From the NCBI GenBank assembly GCA_051313645.2, contig JBNRSN020000001.1, forward strand, positions 260,214,001-260,278,000: 64,000 nt of DNA. Direction: 5' to 3'. Origin of the DNA: Centroscyllium fabricii (Eukaryota). This document shows positions 59,870 to 64,000 of the stretch, one piece after another; position 1 is the stretch's first letter; every line of letters begins with the position of its first letter. A program made the translations under genes and the position numbers. Under the pieces are notes generated by a model. That model did no database searches. It was not told the origin of the DNA and was given only the letters and a program-made list of their open reading frames with translations.

Positions 59870-60620
59870 AGAATTTTGAATGAGCTAAATTTTAGGGAGG
59901 GTAGGGGATAGCGAATGGGAGGCCAGCCAACAGAGCTTTGCAATAGTTGAGTCTGGAGGTGACAAAGGCCCGATGAGGATTTTGGCAGCAGATGGGCTGA
60001 AGCAAGGCCCGAGACGGGCAAGGTTTTGGAGTGCAAGTCGATGGTCTTTAGGATGGGTAGGATTTGGGGCCAGACGCTCAGCCCGGGGTCAAATAGGATG
60101 CCAAGTTTGTGAACCGTCTGGTTCAATGCGAGACAGTGGCCAGGGAGGGGGTTAGAATTGAAGGGTACAGAGTTTGTGGTGTGGGCTGACGACAATCATA
60201 GATTCAAAGAATCATAGAAATTTATGGCACAGCTGGTGGCCATTCAGCCCATCGTGCCTGTGCCGGCCAAAAAAGAACTATCCAGCCCAATCCCACTTTC
60301 CAGCTCTTGGTTCATAGCCTTGTAGGTTACGGCACTTAGAGGCAGAAATCCTCTATCACCCTTTCAGGCAGCGAGTTCCAGACCCCCACCACCCTCTGAG
60401 TGAAAAAGGTTCTCTTCGACTCCCTCCTAATCCTTCTACTCATTACTTTAAATTCATGTCCCCTGATTATTGACCCGTCTGCTGAGGGAAATAGGCCCTT
60501 CCTATCCACTCTATCTAGGCCCCTCATAATTTTATACACCTCAATTAAGTCTCCCCTCAACCTCTTCGACGCCAAAGAAAACAAACCCAGCCTATCCAAT
60601 CTTTCATCATAGCTAAAATT
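59870..60620 (-). mobile_element. L2 fragment (59870-60195) and CR1 3' end (60197-60620)
   Basis: NQTVHKLGILFDP; RLRGDLIEVYKIMRG. Confidence 0.75.
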
Positions 60621-61277
60621 CTCAATTATGACTTCCCCATATTTAACCGGAGGAAATTGCAGATATTTAATCTTATGCCCTGGTGGGAAGTTCAGCCAGC
60701 AATAAGTGGTTATATATCTAGGTTCCTAAAAGGAAATTTGCTTTTTGCTTTTGCATTCGCCTATAAATTATTTTGAGGGTTATTGCCTCCAGTGATGCTG
60801 AAATTTTGTTGGAATTTTTAACATTAATAGTTAATGTTGATGACTGGGGACATTAATCTGGAGGGAGTTTTGGGGCCTGACTCTCATGCATGCACAATTT
60901 ATTGAAGTATGCCATACTGAATGCACTCATAAATCAGGAGCCTCATGGTCATGGTCAAGTTCAGTAACCCCTCCAAGCAGGTTTCCTCCTGATGTCATTA
61001 AAGGTTGTGCATTTACTTTTTTTTATGTATTCATTCATGGGATGTGGACGGCGCTGGCGAGGCCAGCATTTATTGCCCATCCCTAATTCAGGTGGTGGTG
61101 AGCCGCCTTCTTGAACCGCAGGGTTAAGAGTCAATCACATTGTTGTGGGTCTGAAGTTACATATTGGCCAGACTGGGTAAGGATGGCAGTTTTCCTTCCC
61201 TAAAGCACATTAGTGAACCAGTTTTGTTTTTTTAACAACCATTACTGATATTAGCTTTTTTATTTGCGTGGTAGGAT

Positions 61278-61539
61278 TGTGGTAATCCTGTAATACTGTT
61301 TACCACCACTGTTATACTGTGCTGTATATCGTTACCTCTTGTCCCACTGTATCTACCTGGGATGTCTCTGCCGGCTCCGCCCCCAGGCTCCACCCACAGG
61401 CTGTGGTATAAAGGTGGCAGCCCTGCTGACCCCTGACATTTCAGGACCAGATAGTGGTGAGACCTGTACTTCAGTTCTTTTGTTAATAAAAGCCTTGATT
61501 ACCTAATTCTGTCGATTAGCTTTAATTGATCGTGCATCA
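61278..61539 (+). mobile_element. Gypsy solo LTR, sense to RP2
   Basis: TG...CA ends, TSD AGGAT, TATAAA ~61408, AATAAAAGCC ~61485. Confidence 0.88.
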
Positions 61540-61544
61540 AGGAT

Positions 61545-61870
61545 TTCAATTCAATTCAATTCAATTCAAGTTTTATTGTCATTGCAGAGTACTAGTACAA
61601 CGAGACGAAGACTCGACTCTCCCGAGAGTAGTGCAAATAAATTACATGCAAATTGCAAACAGTAAAGTACATTATCAGGCGTGCAGGTACCGGAGTTTAT
61701 TTTTTAGAGTTCAGGAGGCTGACAGCCCTGGGGAAGAAGCTGTTCTTAAATCTAGTCGTGCGGGTGCGAATTGATCTGTAGCGTCTCCCGGAGGGCAGGG
61801 GGGCGAACAGACTGTGGCTGGGGTGTGTGGGGTCTTTAATAATGTTCATAGACCTCCGTAAGCAGCGTGA
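61545..61870 (-). mobile_element. Rex1-type LINE 3' end
   Basis: Reverse complement of ~31630-31935; (TTCAA)n tail. Confidence 0.85.
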
Positions 61871-62561
61871 TTTGAACTCATGATTGCGGATTATTAGTCC
61901 AGTAACACGATCACTATGCTACTGTGCCCACTATTTATATTAAGTGCCCTTATTCTTTAGTTAATGTAGGCTAGTTTTAAATTTAAACGATCTCTTTCTC
62001 TTCCCCCACCCCCAACACACACACGCACGCACAGACACACACACACACACACACTTGGAATGTGTTGCAGGTTTTTAACTTTATTATCAAAATTGTAGAA
62101 TTATACAGCACCGAAGAAGGCCGTTCGGCCCATCGTGTGTGTGCCGGCTCTTTGAAAAGAGCTATCTAGCTAGTTCCACTCTCCTCTTTACCCATAGCCC
62201 TGCAAATTTCTCCATTTCATGTATATGTCCAGTTCCCTTTTGGAAATTACTATTGAATGTGCTTCCTCCACCTTTTTCAGGCAGTGCTTTCCAGCTCTTA
62301 ACAACTCGCTGTGTACATTGCTAGCAGAATCAATATTTCTACATTGTACAAGTGTTTAGCTCCTTAAAGAAACTTCTCTTTCGAGTTACAAGTACAGGTA
62401 GTGATATGTGCCTTAGTCAGCACATTGCATCAGGCCGATTCTATCCTTCCAGCTTTTCATTTTCTGGTAGGTTCAAATATAACTTGTGTCCCATCTCTAA
62501 TTCGCTGTTGAATGCTTCCTGGCGGTAAAACTAACTTTACCTTGGTTTTTCTTTTTAAAAG

Positions 62562-62676
62562 ATGGCTACAAAGGATTTTGCTCTTGTGCAAACGAAAGAA
62601 ATTGCAATGCGACAGGATGATGCCAACAGAGTATTCAAGGAGAAAGCAGCAGACTTTATTCCACTGCTTCAGCAAG
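62562..62676 (+). CDS. RP2: RP2 coding exon 3 (NDK-like domain)
   Basis: CTAAC branch-like site, pyrimidine tract and AAG acceptor; 115 nt encoding [39 protein letters not shown]; GTAAAG donor; matches the RP2 LVQTKE...RVF.EKA.DF.PLL motif. Confidence 0.93.
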
Positions 62677-62769
62677 GTAAAGTTATATATTTGGGGTGGG
62701 AGGAATAATTTTAATCAAAATTAATCGGCATGCATTTTCTGAATCAATGCAATCATATTACTCCGCAGC

Positions 62770-63172
62770 ACATAGAAACATAGAAGATAGGAGCAGGAGT
62801 AGGCCTTTCGGCCCTTCGAGCCTGCTCCGCCATTCAATGAGATCATGGCTGATCATCCAAACCCAGTACCCCGTCCCTGCCTGGTCCCCATATCCCTCGA
62901 TCCCTATCGAGCCTGCACCGACACATATCCCACCCTATCCCCGTAACCCCACATATTCACTTCCCCGAACACTAAGGGTCAATTTATCCTGGCCAATCAA
63001 CCTGACCCGCACATCTTTGGACTGTGGGAGGAAACCGGAGCACCCGGAGGAAACCCACGCAGACAAGGGGAGAATGTGCAAACTCCACACAGATAGTACC
63101 CGTGGCTGGAGTTGAACCCGGGTCTCCAGAGCTGTGAGGCAACAATGCTAACCACTATGCCACCGTGCCGCC
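62770..63172 (-). mobile_element. V-SINE
   Basis: Same family as 26453. Confidence 0.9.
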
Positions 63173-63480
63173 CCTCCCCCTCCCCAATTCTGTCCCACGG
63201 TCTGCTGGTGTGCCAGGTGTGGCGATCTCTTTTGTAACTATCGATGTGTCACAAGATACCTTCAGGATTAAAGTCTTGTGTTATCATGCTGTCACTTTTA
63301 CTGATAGGTCATTAAATTCAGTACATTGAAGATAGTTTTTATTGACCATAACGTGCTAAGCGTTCATTTTCAAATGGACAATGTTCCAGTGATCGCTATT
63401 AGGACAGTGGTTTTTATAGTTTTAGTGGAGTCATTAGTGAGAAGCGATTAATGGATCAGATTGCCCGAAGCAATGTAGTA

Positions 63481-63885
63481 AACATAGAAACATAGAAGAT
63501 AGGAGCAGGAGTAGGCCATTTGGCCCTTCGAGCCTGCTCTGCCATTCAATGAGATCATGGCTGATCATCCAAACCCAGTACCCTATCCCTGCCTTGTCCC
63601 CATATCTCTCGATCCCTATCGAGCTTGCACCGACACATATCCCACCCTATCCCCGTAACCTCACATATTCAATCCCCCTAACACTAAGGGTCAATTTATC
63701 ATGGCCAATCAACCTAACCCGCACATCTTTGGACTGTGGGAGGAAACGGAGCACCCGGAGGAAACCCACGCAGACACGCGGAGAATGTGAAAACTCCACA
63801 CAGATAGTCACCCGAGGCTGGATTTGAACCCGGGTCCCTAGCGCTGTGAGGCAACAGTGCTAACCACTATGCCACCGTGCCGCCC
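63481..63885 (-). mobile_element. V-SINE
   Basis: Same family as 26453. Confidence 0.9.
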
Positions 63886-64000
63886 AGTAGTCTCGCCAAG
63901 ATTCGGTAATAGAGGCAGATTGCAGAGTTGAGTCTTGTAGATGGAAGAATATCTGAAGTGTTTAAGTCCGATTCAAGTGGTCCAAAAGTTGTTAGTTTAT

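Overview
Repeat-dense vertebrate genomic DNA, most likely a cartilaginous fish (V-SINE/HE1-type, DeuSINE-type, CR1, L2, Rex1 and Penelope-type repeats). The only host gene is RP2 (XRP2, ARL3 GAP) on the + strand: coding exons 1-3 at 16484-16588, 41136-41801 and 62562-62676; later exons lie beyond the window. The rest is transposon-derived: two full-length Gypsy elements (7334-12003, 43712-48585), two partial ones, three solo LTRs, many LINE/SINE copies, TA-flanked MITEs, and Penelope-derived palindromes carrying minimal hammerhead ribozymes. Four observations stand out. (1) A Penelope hairpin in RP2 intron 1 carries dense A>G changes on both arms of the same strand, as expected for a retro-copied ADAR-hyperedited RNA. 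(2) The Gypsy elements lack a tRNA PBS; their post-LTR leader is complementary, with compensatory changes, to the LTR poly(A)-signal region. (3) A giant Penelope-type foldback carries about 1.6 kb of cargo in both arms. (4) A ~2.3 kb CCAAT-box array lies just upstream of the RP2 start codon. All coordinates and counts were made by eye; LINE/SINE boundaries are approximate.
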